64,000 bases of DNA from Longimicrobiales bacterium (GCA_965226375.1 CBDDCX010000007.1:192001-256000); one strand, 5' to 3'. Positions 28,664-39,406 are shown, numbered from the stretch's first letter. The notes: a model not told the origin generated them from the letters alone. A program made the numbers and translations.

Positions 28664-30413
28664 CGCTGGTAGCCAGCTTGATGGGCCCCTTCTCCCGGAG
28701 CTTCTGGCGCTCCTTGGCAATAAAGTACTGCTGGGGCAGCGTGGCCAGGTTCGCCGTGACGTAATAGAGATTCAGCCCCGACGCGAAGTTCAGGAAGATG
28801 AACGTCATCATGATCGGCATCATCCACAACATCATCTTCATCTGCGGGTTCGGCTCGGGCATCGAGCGAACCGAGATGAACTGCATCAGGAACATGGATG
28901 CGCCCAACAGCACAGGCAGCACATAGATCGGATCGGCCGCAGCAAGATTCGGGAGCCAGAGGAAGCTCTCACCCCTCAGATGGATCGTGTTCTGGAAGAC
29001 GAAGAAAAGCGTGATGAGAACGGGCCAAGGAAGCAGCATGGGGAGACACCCGGCCAGCGGGTTGAAGCCGTGGTCCTTGTACAGCTTCATCATCTCCTTC
29101 TGGAGCTTCTCGGGTTGGTCCTTGTACTTCTTCTGGATCTCCTGGAGAAGCGGCTGCACGGCCATATTGCGCATCTGCGCCCGCATCGCCTTCTGGTTCA
29201 GCGGGAAGAGCAGCACGCGCATCATCACCCCGAAGATGATGAGCACCCATCCGTAGCCGACGTTCAGCTTGCTGTGCAGGAAGTTCAGGATCGTCATCAC
29301 GATCGCGACCACGGGGCGAACCACCACCCGCATCCACCGGTAACCGTACGGGTTGGCCTCCTCCAGCCCGTTGCCGTAAGCGGTGAGGAGATCGAGCTCC
29401 TGGGGACCCATGAAAAGCCGATAGCTCGTCGATCCGGCGTTGCCCAGGGATTGGGTCACCGCCACCTCGGCCTGGTCGTCACCGAGCGCCGAACTCGCAA
29501 TCAGACCGCCGAGGTACGCCTCTTCAACACCGGTCCCCGGCAGCACGGCAAAGAGGAAATACTTGCTCTTCAGCGCAGACCAGATGAGCGGACCTTCCAC
29601 GATTCGATCGTCGTCCACCTTGCGCATGGGCACCGCCTGTATGCCCTCGCGGAGATGGTTCGTCACGTAACCCATAATGCGTGACTCGTCCGCCTCCCTC
29701 GCCTCGTTGTAGGCCAGGCCTCTTCCCATGTCCGTCACCAGAAGCGCGCGATCGACGCCGGTGACGCTGCTCCGTACCGCGATCTCGTACGACGACGGAT
29801 CGAAGGTGTAGGTCGTCTCGAAGGTGAGCGCCCCCGACGGGTGTCGGTAGGTCAGAGTGAGGGTCTCGGACCCGCCCCCCTCGGTCAGGCGGAGCCCATC
29901 ACGGGGCACGACCTCGAAGGGAAGGTTGCGTAGGTCGAGGCTGCCTCGGTCGGCCTGAATCTGGGCACCCAGAGCTCCAAACCCATCCTCAACCAAGAGC
30001 TCTACCGGTCCCTCGCGGGAAAACGAGGGGAACTGGAGCAGTTGCGCCGAAGTCAGCCGACCACCGTAGTTGCTGAAGGCGAACCTGTAGAGGGGACCCT
30101 CCACGACGATCGTCTCGGGCGGCACGGTGCCGGGCTGTACCATTGCCGGAGGCACGGCCTCAGTCAGCACCCCTTGGCCGGCCGGCGGTTGCAGCGGGTC
30201 GCCGACAATGGCCGGTACCGTCTCGGCCGCTACCTGGCCGGGTGCGATAGGACCGGGCGCCTCGGCCAGGCCGGGAGCTTCAACGGAAGTCACCGAGTCC
30301 GCAGACGCCGGATCGAGCTCTTCCGGCGGGATGGGCGGAAAGAGAAGGTTCGTCCCGACCAGGACGAGGATCATCAGAGTGATCGCTAAAAGGAACCGCG
30401 CTTCCTGATTCAT
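28656..30413 (-). CDS. yidC: membrane protein insertase YidC
   Basis: N-terminal TM and periplasmic domain; YGWVLII, LFPL, NPLAGCLPML, FLWLPNL..DP, SGLNLYY. Confidence 0.95.
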   Translation of the reverse strand: MNQEARFLLAITLMILVLVGTNLLFPPIPPEELDPASADSVTSVEAPGLAEAPGPIAPGQVAAETVPAIVGDPLQPPAGQGVLTEAVPPAMVQPGTVPPETIVVEGPLYRFAFSNYGGRLTSAQLLQFPSFSREGPVELLVEDGFGALGAQIQADRGSLDLRNLPFEVVPRDGLRLTEGGGSETLTLTYRHPSGALTFETTYTFDPSSYEIAVRSSVTGVDRALLVTDMGRGLAYNEAREADESRIMGYVTNHLREGIQAVPMRKVDDDRIVEGPLIWSALKSKYFLFAVLPGTGVEEAYLGGLIASSALGDDQAEVAVTQSLGNAGSTSYRLFMGPQELDLLTAYGNGLEEANPYGYRWMRVVVRPVVAIVMTILNFLHSKLNVGYGWVLIIFGVMMRVLLFPLNQKAMRAQMRNMAVQPLLQEIQKKYKDQPEKLQKEMMKLYKDHGFNPLAGCLPMLLPWPVLITLFFVFQNTIHLRGESFLWLPNLAAADPIYVLPVLLGASMFLMQFISVRSMPEPNPQMKMMLWMMPIMMTFIFLNFASGLNLYYVTANLATLPQQYFIAKERQKLREKGPIKLATSGD

Positions 30414-30671
30414 CTACCCCACACTTCCACGTCGATTCAACTGGGTGACATCGAGATCGTCCGGCACGGGGTCATGGCCCCACCCCCCGAACGGCCGGCA
30501 ACGTATCAGGCGCTTGAAGGCCAACCAGCTTCCATGCACGGCACCGTAGCGCTCCACGGCTACCGCCGAGTACTCGGAGCAGGTGGGCGAGAAACGGCAG
30601 GAAGAGGGCGTGTAGGGCGAGATCCCTCGCTGATAGAACCGGATCACTCCTAGAATCATTCGCCCGAACAC
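30414..30671 (-). CDS. yidD: membrane protein insertion efficiency factor
   Basis: [31 protein letters not shown]. Confidence 0.93.
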   Translation of the reverse strand: MFGRMILGVIRFYQRGISPYTPSSCRFSPTCSEYSAVAVERYGAVHGSWLAFKRLIRCRPFGGWGHDPVPDDLDVTQLNRRGSVG

Positions 30672-31060
30672 AAGTCCTCCGTTACCGCCTGAAGCTCTGC
30701 CTTGAGAGTACGGAAGCCGGCACCATAGGCTTCTTTGCGGGCGCGCACCAACACATCCAGCACCAGGCCCGCATCGCTGAGCCGAGGGAGCACGCGAGTC
30801 CGTCCGATCTCTCTCAACCGGCGCTTCACACGGTTTCTTTCAACAATCGAATGCCTATGCTTGGGAACGATCACGCCCCACCGACTATGCGAGCCGGGTG
30901 AAGACAAAAAGAAGACGTCCAGATTGGGCGTCTTCTTCCGAGTACCCCGTCGAAGGAGCGATCGGATATCTCGGGTCTGACTGATGCGTACCGATCGCGG
31001 GAAGCGAAACTCATCGGTCCTACTCGGACCCGGCCCGGTTGCCGAGCGGGCCGCGCTCAT
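30656..31060 (-). CDS. rnpA: ribonuclease P protein component
   Basis: FPRSVRI and [12 protein letters not shown] (RNR motif); located after rpmH. Confidence 0.9.
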   Translation of the reverse strand: MSAARSATGPGPSRTDEFRFPRSVRISQTRDIRSLLRRGTRKKTPNLDVFFLSSPGSHSRWGVIVPKHRHSIVERNRVKRRLREIGRTRVLPRLSDAGLVLDVLVRARKEAYGAGFRTLKAELQAVTEDLCSGE

Positions 31061-31064
31061 GCGA

Positions 31065-31214
31065 CTACTTTGAGCCGATCCTCACCACTAGGCGGCCGCG
31101 ACCTCGGGCCCGCCGCCGCGACAGCGTCTTTCGCCCTCCGCGAGTCTTCATCCGCTCACGGAAACCGTGCTTGTTCACACGCTTACGGTTGCGAGGTCTG
31201 TATGTGGGCTTCAT
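31065..31214 (-). CDS. rpmH: 50S ribosomal protein L34
   Basis: Hand translation [49 protein letters not shown] (49 aa, absent from the ORF track). Confidence 0.97.
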   Translation of the reverse strand: MKPTYRPRNRKRVNKHGFRERMKTRGGRKTLSRRRARGRGRLVVRIGSK

Positions 31215-31371
31215 AGCGTTGGAGCCTTCTTTTGTCGTCCAGGGACCCGCGCCGTTGAACCGCGATGGGGCCGTAAAAAAATTAGCACGGAAAGATATCT
31301 GAGAGCGTGAACCGAGGTCAAGGCCAGGGCGGGCCCTGAGAGCGAAAACTCCTTCAGCGGTACCACCAAAA

Positions 31372-31400
31372 TTGACTTTTCCACATCAGGATTCTAGCGT
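31372..31400 (+). promoter_or_regulatory. putative dnaA promoter with a DnaA box in the spacer
   Basis: TTGACT-17bp-TAGCGT; TTTTCCACA at 31377-31385. Confidence 0.6.
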
Positions 31401-31457
31401 GCCTCCCCGCCGACTCTCCACTAGATTGAGTGATCGTCGAACATTCCCAAGGAGCAC

Positions 31458-32831
31458 ATGGAGTTCACCGCCGACGACCTGTGGTCAAGGGTCCTAGAGG
31501 CAGCCCGAGGCCGTATCCAGGAGCAGACCTATCGTACCTGGATGGCGGGGACGACGGCGGTCGGACTCACCGAGTCGGAGCTCCTGGTGGAGGCGCCGAG
31601 CGAATTCCACGTGGAGTGGCTGGAGGACAAGTACGGGCCACTCTTGTCGGATCTGATCGAACAGGCCCTCGGGCGGCCGCTCCGACTCAAGGTCCAGTGT
31701 GGCAACCCGGCCCCCACACCCTCCATCCCCACAGTGGAGGTCGCCACACCCGCTTCGGCACCCTCCGCGCCCGCGGTCGGCGCCACCTCGCCGTCACCGT
31801 CGCTGAACGAACGGTACTCCTTCGAGCGCTTCGTGGTCGGTGACAACGTCGAGCTCGCGACGGCGGCATGTCATGCCGTCGCCGGAAAGCCGGCTCGCAT
31901 GTACAACCCCCTGTTCCTCTACGGCGGTGTGGGCTTGGGAAAGACGCACCTCATGCATGCCATCGGCAACGCCATTCGTGAGACGACGCCATCCAGCCGG
32001 ATCGCGTACCTGCCTACGGAGCAGTTCACCAACGATCTGGTCACCGCCATCCAGAACGGCACCACTGCGGAGTTTCGGCGGACCTACCGCCAGATCGATC
32101 TGCTGCTCGTGGACGACATCCAGTTTCTGCAAGGCAAGGAGCGCACCCAGGAAGAGTTCTTTCACACGTTCAACGCGCTCTACGACGCTCAGAAACAGAT
32201 CGTGCTCACCAGCGATCGACCACCGAAAGAGCTTCCCGGACTGGAAGAACGGCTTATTTCCCGCTTCGAGTGGGGGCTGGTGGCCGACATCAAGCAACCC
32301 GACTACGAGACCCGCATCGCCATCCTCCGGAAAAAGGCCGCAGACGACGACCTGACTCTGGACTACGATGTGATCGATTTTATCGCACGTTTTTGTACGT
32401 CTTCAGTCCGTGAACTCGAGGGCGCGGTAATCAAGCTCCTGGCTTATTCGTCGCTCACCAATCAGGAAATCACGGTCGACCTTGCCCGCAGGGCGCTTCA
32501 AGCCACCTTCGGACACGAGTCGCATCAGGCGGGTGGAGCATCGAGCCCGCAACGGATTCGAGAGGTCGTAGCCAATCACTGGCACGTACGTGACGAAGCC
32601 CTTAGCTCCAAACGCCGGACGAAAGACTTGACGGTCCCTCGCCAGGTCGCCATGTACCTGATCAAGGATCTCCTCGACTACCCTTTGGTGCAGATCGGAA
32701 AGCTGTTCGGCGGCCGGGATCACTCGACGGTGATCCACTCGATTCGCAAAGTAGAGGAGACCATGGCGGGCGATTCCTCGTTCCGACGAAGCGTCGAAGC
32801 CGTGCGCGACGAGCTGATGAGACCCGTCTGA
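31458..32831 (+). CDS. dnaA: chromosomal replication initiator DnaA
   Basis: YNPLFLYGGVGLGKTHL, LLVDDIQF, TQEEFFHTFN, SVRELEGA, RQVAMYL, GGRDHSTV. Confidence 0.98.
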   Translation: MEFTADDLWSRVLEAARGRIQEQTYRTWMAGTTAVGLTESELLVEAPSEFHVEWLEDKYGPLLSDLIEQALGRPLRLKVQCGNPAPTPSIPTVEVATPASAPSAPAVGATSPSPSLNERYSFERFVVGDNVELATAACHAVAGKPARMYNPLFLYGGVGLGKTHLMHAIGNAIRETTPSSRIAYLPTEQFTNDLVTAIQNGTTAEFRRTYRQIDLLLVDDIQFLQGKERTQEEFFHTFNALYDAQKQIVLTSDRPPKELPGLEERLISRFEWGLVADIKQPDYETRIAILRKKAADDDLTLDYDVIDFIARFCTSSVRELEGAVIKLLAYSSLTNQEITVDLARRALQATFGHESHQAGGASSPQRIREVVANHWHVRDEALSSKRRTKDLTVPRQVAMYLIKDLLDYPLVQIGKLFGGRDHSTVIHSIRKVEETMAGDSSFRRSVEAVRDELMRPV

Positions 32832-32834
32832 TGG

Positions 32835-33048
32835 TGTGGAAAGACGTGTGGAAGACCGCCCGGTTCTCCCGAGTTCTCTACGGGCGAGGGCCGTCGCAAG
32901 AAGTCTTCATTCTTTTCCACATTGGTGTTGCACGGTGGAAATGCTTGAGGGCACAGGGCTATGTGCGGTCCTCCACAATTCCACACCCTCTACTACTACT
33001 AATTATTTCTTATAGTGTAGTCTTTAAATAGGTAGTCACTGTGAAAAA
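32835..33048. other. oriC: replication origin oriC
   Basis: DnaA-box-like 9-mers at 32835, 32847, 32913, 32969, 32977 and 33040; CTA x4 trios at 32990-33001; AT-rich tract to ~33030; lies between dnaA and dnaN. Confidence 0.88.
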
Positions 33049-33090
33049 CCCGGCCTCGACCGACGCCGTAAAACCTCAATGGGAGGCTCG

Positions 33091-34206
33091 ATGAACTGCA
33101 CCATCACTCGGCAGAATCTTCACAAGGGCCTCGCTGCCGTTTCCGCGAGCATCCCCACCAAAACGACTCTTCCGGTGCTTTCCAACATCTTGTTCGAGGC
33201 CGGACAAGACGGGGTGTGGATGAGCGGCACGGACCTCGACGTGGCAGTACGCGTCTGGGTGCCCGCCGACGTCAAGGAACAGGGCAGCCTGACCGCTCCG
33301 GGCAAGAAGCTCCAGGAGATCGCCCGTGAGCTTCCAGATGAGCCGGTCGAGGTGACTACACGAGGCGACCAGATCGAACTGAAGTGCGGACGAAGTCAAT
33401 TCAAGCTCAACGGTCTGCCCAGCGACGAGTTTCCCACGCTTCCCGAGGTCGACTTCGATGAAGGATGGAAGGTCAAGGGGAGTGAGCTCCACAGGTTGAT
33501 CAAGCACACGTCCTTTGCAGTATCCACCGAAGAGAGTCGTCCCATTCTGAACGGGGTGCTCTGGGAGCTTCGTGATGGGCACATGCGGATGGTTGCCACG
33601 AACGGGCACAGGCTTGCCCGCATGGGGATCCCAGCCGCTTCTTCGAGTGCACCGAGTGCAGACTTCATCGTGCCGCCCGTCGCGCTCCAGCAGGTTCAGC
33701 GGCTGTTCGAACATGAGGACGATCTGGAGGTGGCTCGCAGCGGAAATCATCTCGGATTCCGCGCCGCGGGCAGGGAAGTCTATACTCGCCTGATCGAAGG
33801 AGCGTATCCGAACTACGAACAGGTTATTCCAAAGGACAACGACAAATACGCCATCGTAGACAAGAAGGCGTTGGCGTCGGCGGTACGCCGGATGGCGATC
33901 CTGGCGAGTGATCAGACCCATAGGATCCGCATGGTGTTCGAGTCGGATCGTGTCCACCTGAACGTCCTGACCCCCGATCTCGGCGAGGGTGAAGACGAGT
34001 TGGAGCTCACCTATGAGGGCGAGGGTCTGGAGATCGGATTCAACGCCGCATACCTGCTCGAGGTGTTGCGGTACATGGAAACGGACGACGTGAAGCTTAC
34101 GTTCAAGGCTCCCGAGCGCGCTGCGACCATCGTGCCCGTCCCGCCGGAGGGCGAGGAGCCCGGCGACTACCTTTGTCTGGTGATGCCCCTCAGGCTACTC
34201 GACTGA
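33091..34206 (+). CDS. dnaN: DNA polymerase III beta sliding clamp
   Basis: TLPVLSNIL, GTDLD, SRPILNGV, VATNGHRL, LIEGAYPNY, IGFNAAYL, LVMPLR; GGAGG RBS before ATG 33091. Confidence 0.97.
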   Translation: MNCTITRQNLHKGLAAVSASIPTKTTLPVLSNILFEAGQDGVWMSGTDLDVAVRVWVPADVKEQGSLTAPGKKLQEIARELPDEPVEVTTRGDQIELKCGRSQFKLNGLPSDEFPTLPEVDFDEGWKVKGSELHRLIKHTSFAVSTEESRPILNGVLWELRDGHMRMVATNGHRLARMGIPAASSSAPSADFIVPPVALQQVQRLFEHEDDLEVARSGNHLGFRAAGREVYTRLIEGAYPNYEQVIPKDNDKYAIVDKKALASAVRRMAILASDQTHRIRMVFESDRVHLNVLTPDLGEGEDELELTYEGEGLEIGFNAAYLLEVLRYMETDDVKLTFKAPERAATIVPVPPEGEEPGDYLCLVMPLRLLD

Positions 34207-34245
34207 GACCCGAGAGGCGGTCACAAAAACACCCGGCCAGTCGTT

Positions 34246-34830
34246 CTACTCAGTGCCTGCCGCCGCTCGGGCGGCAGCCAAGAGCTCGCTTCCGGTAAAT
34301 GCTGCCACGAAGGGGAGGTGCAATTCGTCCAACCGCTCCTTGCCACCCTCTTCTCGGTCCACGAGACAAAGCACTCCAGCTACGGTAGCGCCGTGCTCGC
34401 GGATTGCCTCGATGGCTTTGAGCGCGCTCCCTCCACTGGTGACGGCATCCTCGATAATCACCACGCGGGCATCTTCGGGAAGACCTCCCTCGATCTGACG
34501 CCCCGTCCCGTGGTCCTTGGCCTCTTTGCGGACCGTGAATCCGTCGAGAATCTGTTCACGATCAAAGCTGTGGTGGGCGATGGCGTAGGTGACAGGATCG
34601 GCGCCCAACGTGAGCCCCCCGATGTGGGACACGTCCCAGCCCGTCTCATCGATGAGATCGTAACAGACCTTCCCGGTCAGGTGCTGGCCCTCGGCCGTCA
34701 TCGTGGTCTGGCGAGCGTCCACGTAGTAGGACGAACGCGATCCACTCGCGAGGGTAAAATCTCCAATACGTACGGAGCGCTCGAGAAGAAGAGCCTTGAG
34801 TCGCTCTCGCTCATGCATTTGTTTGCTCAT
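34246..34830 (-). CDS. pyrE: orotate phosphoribosyltransferase
   Basis: FTLASG..YYVD, RKEAKDHG, PRPP-binding IIEDAVTSGGS. Confidence 0.93.
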   Translation of the reverse strand: MSKQMHERERLKALLLERSVRIGDFTLASGSRSSYYVDARQTTMTAEGQHLTGKVCYDLIDETGWDVSHIGGLTLGADPVTYAIAHHSFDREQILDGFTVRKEAKDHGTGRQIEGGLPEDARVVIIEDAVTSGGSALKAIEAIREHGATVAGVLCLVDREEGGKERLDELHLPFVAAFTGSELLAAARAAAGTE

Positions 34831-34868
34831 AGTGCGATCGAACCCTCAATGCTCGACTGGTGTTCCGA

Positions 34869-35846
34869 ATGACCCCCAATCCTCGCTTGATCAAAAGAAT
34901 TCTCGTTGTGGCCGCCGCTGGTCTGTGGGCGTGCGACGGCGGATCGAGCAGTATAGATCCCGATACGCTTCGTTTTGGCCAAGTCGGGCAGATTCGTGTG
35001 ACCCTGCTACTTCCGCTAGCGGTCGACAAGGGTGAGCTACAGCAGACCCTGATCTGGGCATCCTCCGGTGCGTGGGAACTCACAGAGCGTATCTCATATC
35101 TGGAAGTGCTGGGGGATGAAGACGTGAGGTCCAACCCCGGCGATCCGTCGGCGTATGCTGCGGCCTATGCCGGGATGATCATCCAGATCAACGAAACCGG
35201 GGGGTTGACGCTCTTTACCCCCGAACTCGATCCGGATCTGATTCCGACGTGTGGGATCACCCGCACCACGATCATCCTGACGGTCCAGGACGACTCACGG
35301 GGCCAATCCGAGACCTGGGTGCGCTGCTCCTCCGGGGACTTCAGCAACCTGACCCCGGCCGGCGCGGACCCGGGCCCTGCGGCCAGCCGGATCGCACAGG
35401 TGACCATCTTGGCCGGTGAGTTCACGTTGGGTGACGACTTCGTGTCGGTGTACAGCGGCAGCGTGCCGTTCTCCACCCTGGATCGTGGCGAGGACTCGTT
35501 CGCAGAACTGGGTGCGTCGTTCACGTTCACGTCCGCATTGGGTTGGCCTGAGTTCTGGAAGTCTCACGTGGGGCGTGACGAGGATCCTCCCGAGGTGGAC
35601 TTCGAGCGTGACATGGTCGTCATCGCGGCGGTGGGCTTGCGCGTCGAAGCGGGTGACAGCGTCGAGGTGAGGCGGATCCTTCAGATCGCCACCGGGACTC
35701 TCACCGAGGTCGTGGAGAGGGTGCCCGGCGACTTCTGCTCGCCGGCGGCTCGTCTTCACGTGCCGTTCCACATCGTTTTGGCGCCGACGACGGATCCACC
35801 GATTCTCTTTCCCGAGCCTCGGGTGGAGAGGATACCGTGCGGCTAG
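34869..35846 (+). CDS. lipoprotein with C-terminal PrcB-like domain
   Basis: Lipobox LWAC; PPEVDFERDMVVIAAVG..GDSVEV..PFHIV pattern. Confidence 0.6.
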   Translation: MTPNPRLIKRILVVAAAGLWACDGGSSSIDPDTLRFGQVGQIRVTLLLPLAVDKGELQQTLIWASSGAWELTERISYLEVLGDEDVRSNPGDPSAYAAAYAGMIIQINETGGLTLFTPELDPDLIPTCGITRTTIILTVQDDSRGQSETWVRCSSGDFSNLTPAGADPGPAASRIAQVTILAGEFTLGDDFVSVYSGSVPFSTLDRGEDSFAELGASFTFTSALGWPEFWKSHVGRDEDPPEVDFERDMVVIAAVGLRVEAGDSVEVRRILQIATGTLTEVVERVPGDFCSPAARLHVPFHIVLAPTTDPPILFPEPRVERIPCG

Positions 35847-35908
35847 AGCAACCGGACCCCGCGGCAGTCCGGGTGGAACGCCGGCGCGACGCCCGGGGCG
35901 AGGGTGTG

Positions 35909-36630
35909 ATGTCCCTCCGGCGACAATTCATGCTTGTCCTCGTAACCTTCTCCGTAGTGCTCGCGGCGGTGGGCGGCTGGGGCACGTGGGTTATCGTCCA
36001 GGCCGACCTCGAGGCGGAGATGGACGACAAGCTCAAACAGGTGACGGGTACCGCCGCCAGAGTCGGGTTCTCCACGTCCGGCCTCGCTGCCCTTCGGCCC
36101 GGCGACGAGGCACTTCGAACGTACACGAGTCAACAGAGCAAACTGCAGCAGCTTCAGGCCTATGTGGCAGAGGCGTGGATCATTCGCACGGTGGACTACA
36201 CCTCCGTGGTTTCGACCCGACCCGTCGGCGAGGTGCCCATTGGTTCGTTGACCCGTTTCGAGGCATACGGGGCGGAAATCGCAGACGCGGAGCTCCGAAA
36301 CACGGCCACGACGTCTGATCTGTTTTCTGTGGACGGACAGCCGTTCAAGTACGGCTTCATCGGCCTGGGCGCGCAGAACCCGGGGCTGGTGCTGGCCGTG
36401 CGTATGCGAGCCGACTATCTGGTTCCTCTCGCCCTGCTCAGGGCAAAGATCCTGTGGGGGTCTGTGGTCGCCGCGGTTGCCGCGATACTGCTGGCCCTCT
36501 TTCTCGCCCGAAACGTGGCCCGGCCGCTGGAGCGTTTGAGCCGAGTGGCGCTGCGTATCCAGAGGGGCCGCTGGGCCGAGCCTGTGGGAGAAGAACAGGG
36601 CCGGGAGCTCAGGCAGCTGTCTAGAGCCAT
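35909..36630 (+). pseudogene. N-terminal half of a membrane sensor (TM-periplasmic-TM-HAMP); output domain lost
   Basis: Two TMs, then HAMP ARPLERLSRVALRIQRGRW..ELRQLSRAM, with no HisKA/HATPase following. Confidence 0.7.
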
Positions 36631-38632
36631 GGTTCCCCTGGCCGTTCGAGCACGAAGGCGAGATCGTCCCTGTTGTCAGCGACGGTACGGTGCAGACCTA
36701 CCGGCTGCGCTGGATTTCATTCGGGGGTGGTCGCTACCTGAGGAACCGATTCGGCAGATCGCCCTGTGGTTCAATCCCAGCGATCTGGCCAGCATCGACA
36801 TCCTGTCCATCACACTGGTCCCGATGGTGGCCAACTATGCCGCCGCGGGCGCGGCCTCGCGCTCGGAAAAGCGCAGCCGGATTCATCGACAGGCGTTGTA
36901 CACGCACACGCCGGGGCGCGTAGAGTATCGGGTCAAGATCCCGGAAGGTGGTCGGCTGGACTTCGGTATGGGGGTCGTGCGTGAGGACGTGCCCGTGACC
37001 TTCCGGGTCACGGCGATCGCTGATGGTGCCGCGGGCGGTGAATCAACCACGGTTTTCGAGGAGCACTACGCGAACAAAGAGGCCTGGGGCCAGCGTTCGG
37101 TGGATCTTGCCGACTTGGCGGGCCAGACCGTAACGCTCGCTCTGGAGGCCGAGTCGGAGACCGAAGGGCGGGTCGCTTTGTGGGGAGCGCCGACCGTAAC
37201 AGGCGGCGGGCAGTCGCCTCTTCCGAACGTCGTTTTCTACGTCTTCGACGGCGGTGCGGCGGACTACATGAGCGTCTACGGTTACAACCGTCGAACGACC
37301 CCGACCCTGGAGCGGCTGGCTACGGAGGGCGTCGTGTTCGAGCGAGCGTACAGCAACTCTTCCCGGACCCTGCCCTCGACAGCCTCCTTCATGACTTCCC
37401 TACAGACGAGTGTGACGGGGGGCTTTATCGGCGGCAGCAACCCTGTGCCTGCCGAGGCCGTGACCATGGCCGAACACATGCACCGGGCCGGCTACCAGAC
37501 CGCGGTGTTCACGGGAAACCCCAATGCCGGGACCTTGAGCGATCTCCAGCGTGGAGTCGATCTGTTCCGGGAGGATTGGGCGGATTTCTCGTACTTCGGC
37601 GGCAATAACCACAAGGAGTCCTCGAAGTACCTCCACGAGGGATTCTGGAGCTGGCGGGAGGACTATCCCAGCCATCCGTTTTGGGCGCACTTCCAGACCA
37701 CTGACACGCATGGGGACTTTCCGGCTCCGCCACCCTTTGGCGGCCTCTTTGTCACCGCGGACGAATGGGAAAGGGTGAGTGAGTCGGTTGACCGTTTGGA
37801 GGCGTTTGGCGGGCCTGGTCCCTATTCTCCCGCTTGGGATTCTACGGGGATCAGCCGGACGGCATTTTACACTGTGGGGAAGGGCCTGTACGATGAAGCG
37901 ATGGCTCACAACGACTATCGGCTCGGGCAGCTCATCGACCGGCTGAAAGCTGAGGGGGAGTGGGAGAATACGCTGTTGATCATCGGGGGCGATCACAGCA
38001 TCCGGGCGGCTTTCACGGACATGGGCCTCGCGCTCAGCGACTCGCTGCCTCCCCGATGGAGCCAACCGATGTTCCGGCCCACGGTCTCGAGGGTGCCGCT
38101 CATGTTCGTGTGGCCGGGCCACATCGAGGGGGGACAGCGGATCGACTACCCCGTATCGATGCTCGACGTACTGCCCACCCTGCTCGACTTGCTGGGGCTC
38201 CCCCCCGCCGAGATCGGACAAGGTCAGTCGCTGGTTCCTTTGCTGTCGGGTCGAGAAGGATGGGAGCCGCGACCGGTGATCCTCGACGAGTTCCGTGCCC
38301 ATCGTGCCGATCTCGAGACCGGCGAGCTGTCGGGCTGGATCGAGGTAGTGGACGGCCGTTGGGGCGCTTCGCTCGAGATCAACCCCAACCCGGAGAGGCC
38401 CGCGCCGCGCCGCCGTCCTTCCCCGCTGCTGCTTTACGACCTCTGGAACGATCCGATGGCTCTGTGGAGCCTGCACGAGGAACGGCCGGACCTCGTGGAG
38501 AAGTACACCGCCTTCCTGGAGGGACAGTTCGAGGCTCACCTGGCCTTGGCACAGTACTTCACGCCATCCGGTGAGGTCGAGCTGACCCCGGAGCAGCTTC
38601 AGACGCTACGCACGCTGGGCTACATCAAGTGA
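36631..38632 (+). pseudogene. 5'-truncated sulfatase-like hydrolase
   Basis: PNVVFYVFD, YGYNRRTTP, RAYSNSSRTLPS, GYQTAVF, LYDEAM, NTLLII..DH, VPLMF..PG, DVLPTLLDL, LYDL..DP; no start codon of its own. Confidence 0.75.
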
Positions 38633-38707
38633 AGCGGTGGTGAGTGCTGGTGGAGTCTGCCTGGTCGTCGTGAACTTCTTCGAGGAGTTGAAGGAGCGGG
38701 TGCCGAA

Positions 38708-39406
38708 TTGAACGGTCAGGTCCCTTGGCTGCGCGTCTTCGTGGAAGGCGTGGTGATTGTGGGGTCGATTCTGATGGCGTTTGGGCTTCAGGCGTGGTGG
38801 GAGCGACGGCAGCAGCAGATCCTGGAAGTTCAGTACGCAGATCGCCTGAGGTCCGACCTCGCGGCCGACACACTGCGCTTCGCTGAAACCGGCGCTGTCT
38901 TTGGGGTCAAAGTCGATGTCCTGCGCGACTTCCTTGAAGCAGGGAGCCGCCCGCTCTCGGTCTCGGACGCCGATCGGATGATGGCCCGATTGGCCTTTTC
39001 GACCTACAACGCCTTGCCAGAGACCAGGTCCGCCACCTTCCGAGAGATGGAGAGTTCGGGTGCGCTCGGGTTACTCCACGACGTCTCACTACGCAACGCC
39101 CTCGCTGAGTACTACGCCCACAACGAACTCCTCTCGGGCATTCTTGCCGATCCACCCGGACCGTATCAGGTGATCCTAGTCGAGGCGTTGCCCGGCGACC
39201 TTTGGCATTCGATGAGGATCGACTCAACCAGCGTCGATCAGGCTGCGCTGGAACGCGGTCTACGTAAACTCGCCTCGTATCCTGACCTGGAAGGAACTCT
39301 GAATTCGGAGCTTGCCTACTCAACGGAACTAATGTTCTTCACTCGTCGGTTCAAGGCAGATGCCACGGGGCTGCTCGCACAACTCGACGAGGCATACCCC
39401 CAGTAG
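38708..39406 (+). CDS. DUF6090-like membrane-anchored helical protein
   Basis: N-terminal EGVVIVGSILMAFGLQAWWE..LRSDL and SSGALGLL..LRNAL pattern; AAGGAG RBS at 38691. Confidence 0.65.
   Translation: MNGQVPWLRVFVEGVVIVGSILMAFGLQAWWERRQQQILEVQYADRLRSDLAADTLRFAETGAVFGVKVDVLRDFLEAGSRPLSVSDADRMMARLAFSTYNALPETRSATFREMESSGALGLLHDVSLRNALAEYYAHNELLSGILADPPGPYQVILVEALPGDLWHSMRIDSTSVDQAALERGLRKLASYPDLEGTLNSELAYSTELMFFTRRFKADATGLLAQLDEAYPQ

Noticed and set aside
35837..38632. 931-aa ORF as a genuine novel sensor-sulfatase fusion
   Set aside because: The junction region is in the wrong frame by codon usage, and both parents lack expected parts. Treated as a chimera.
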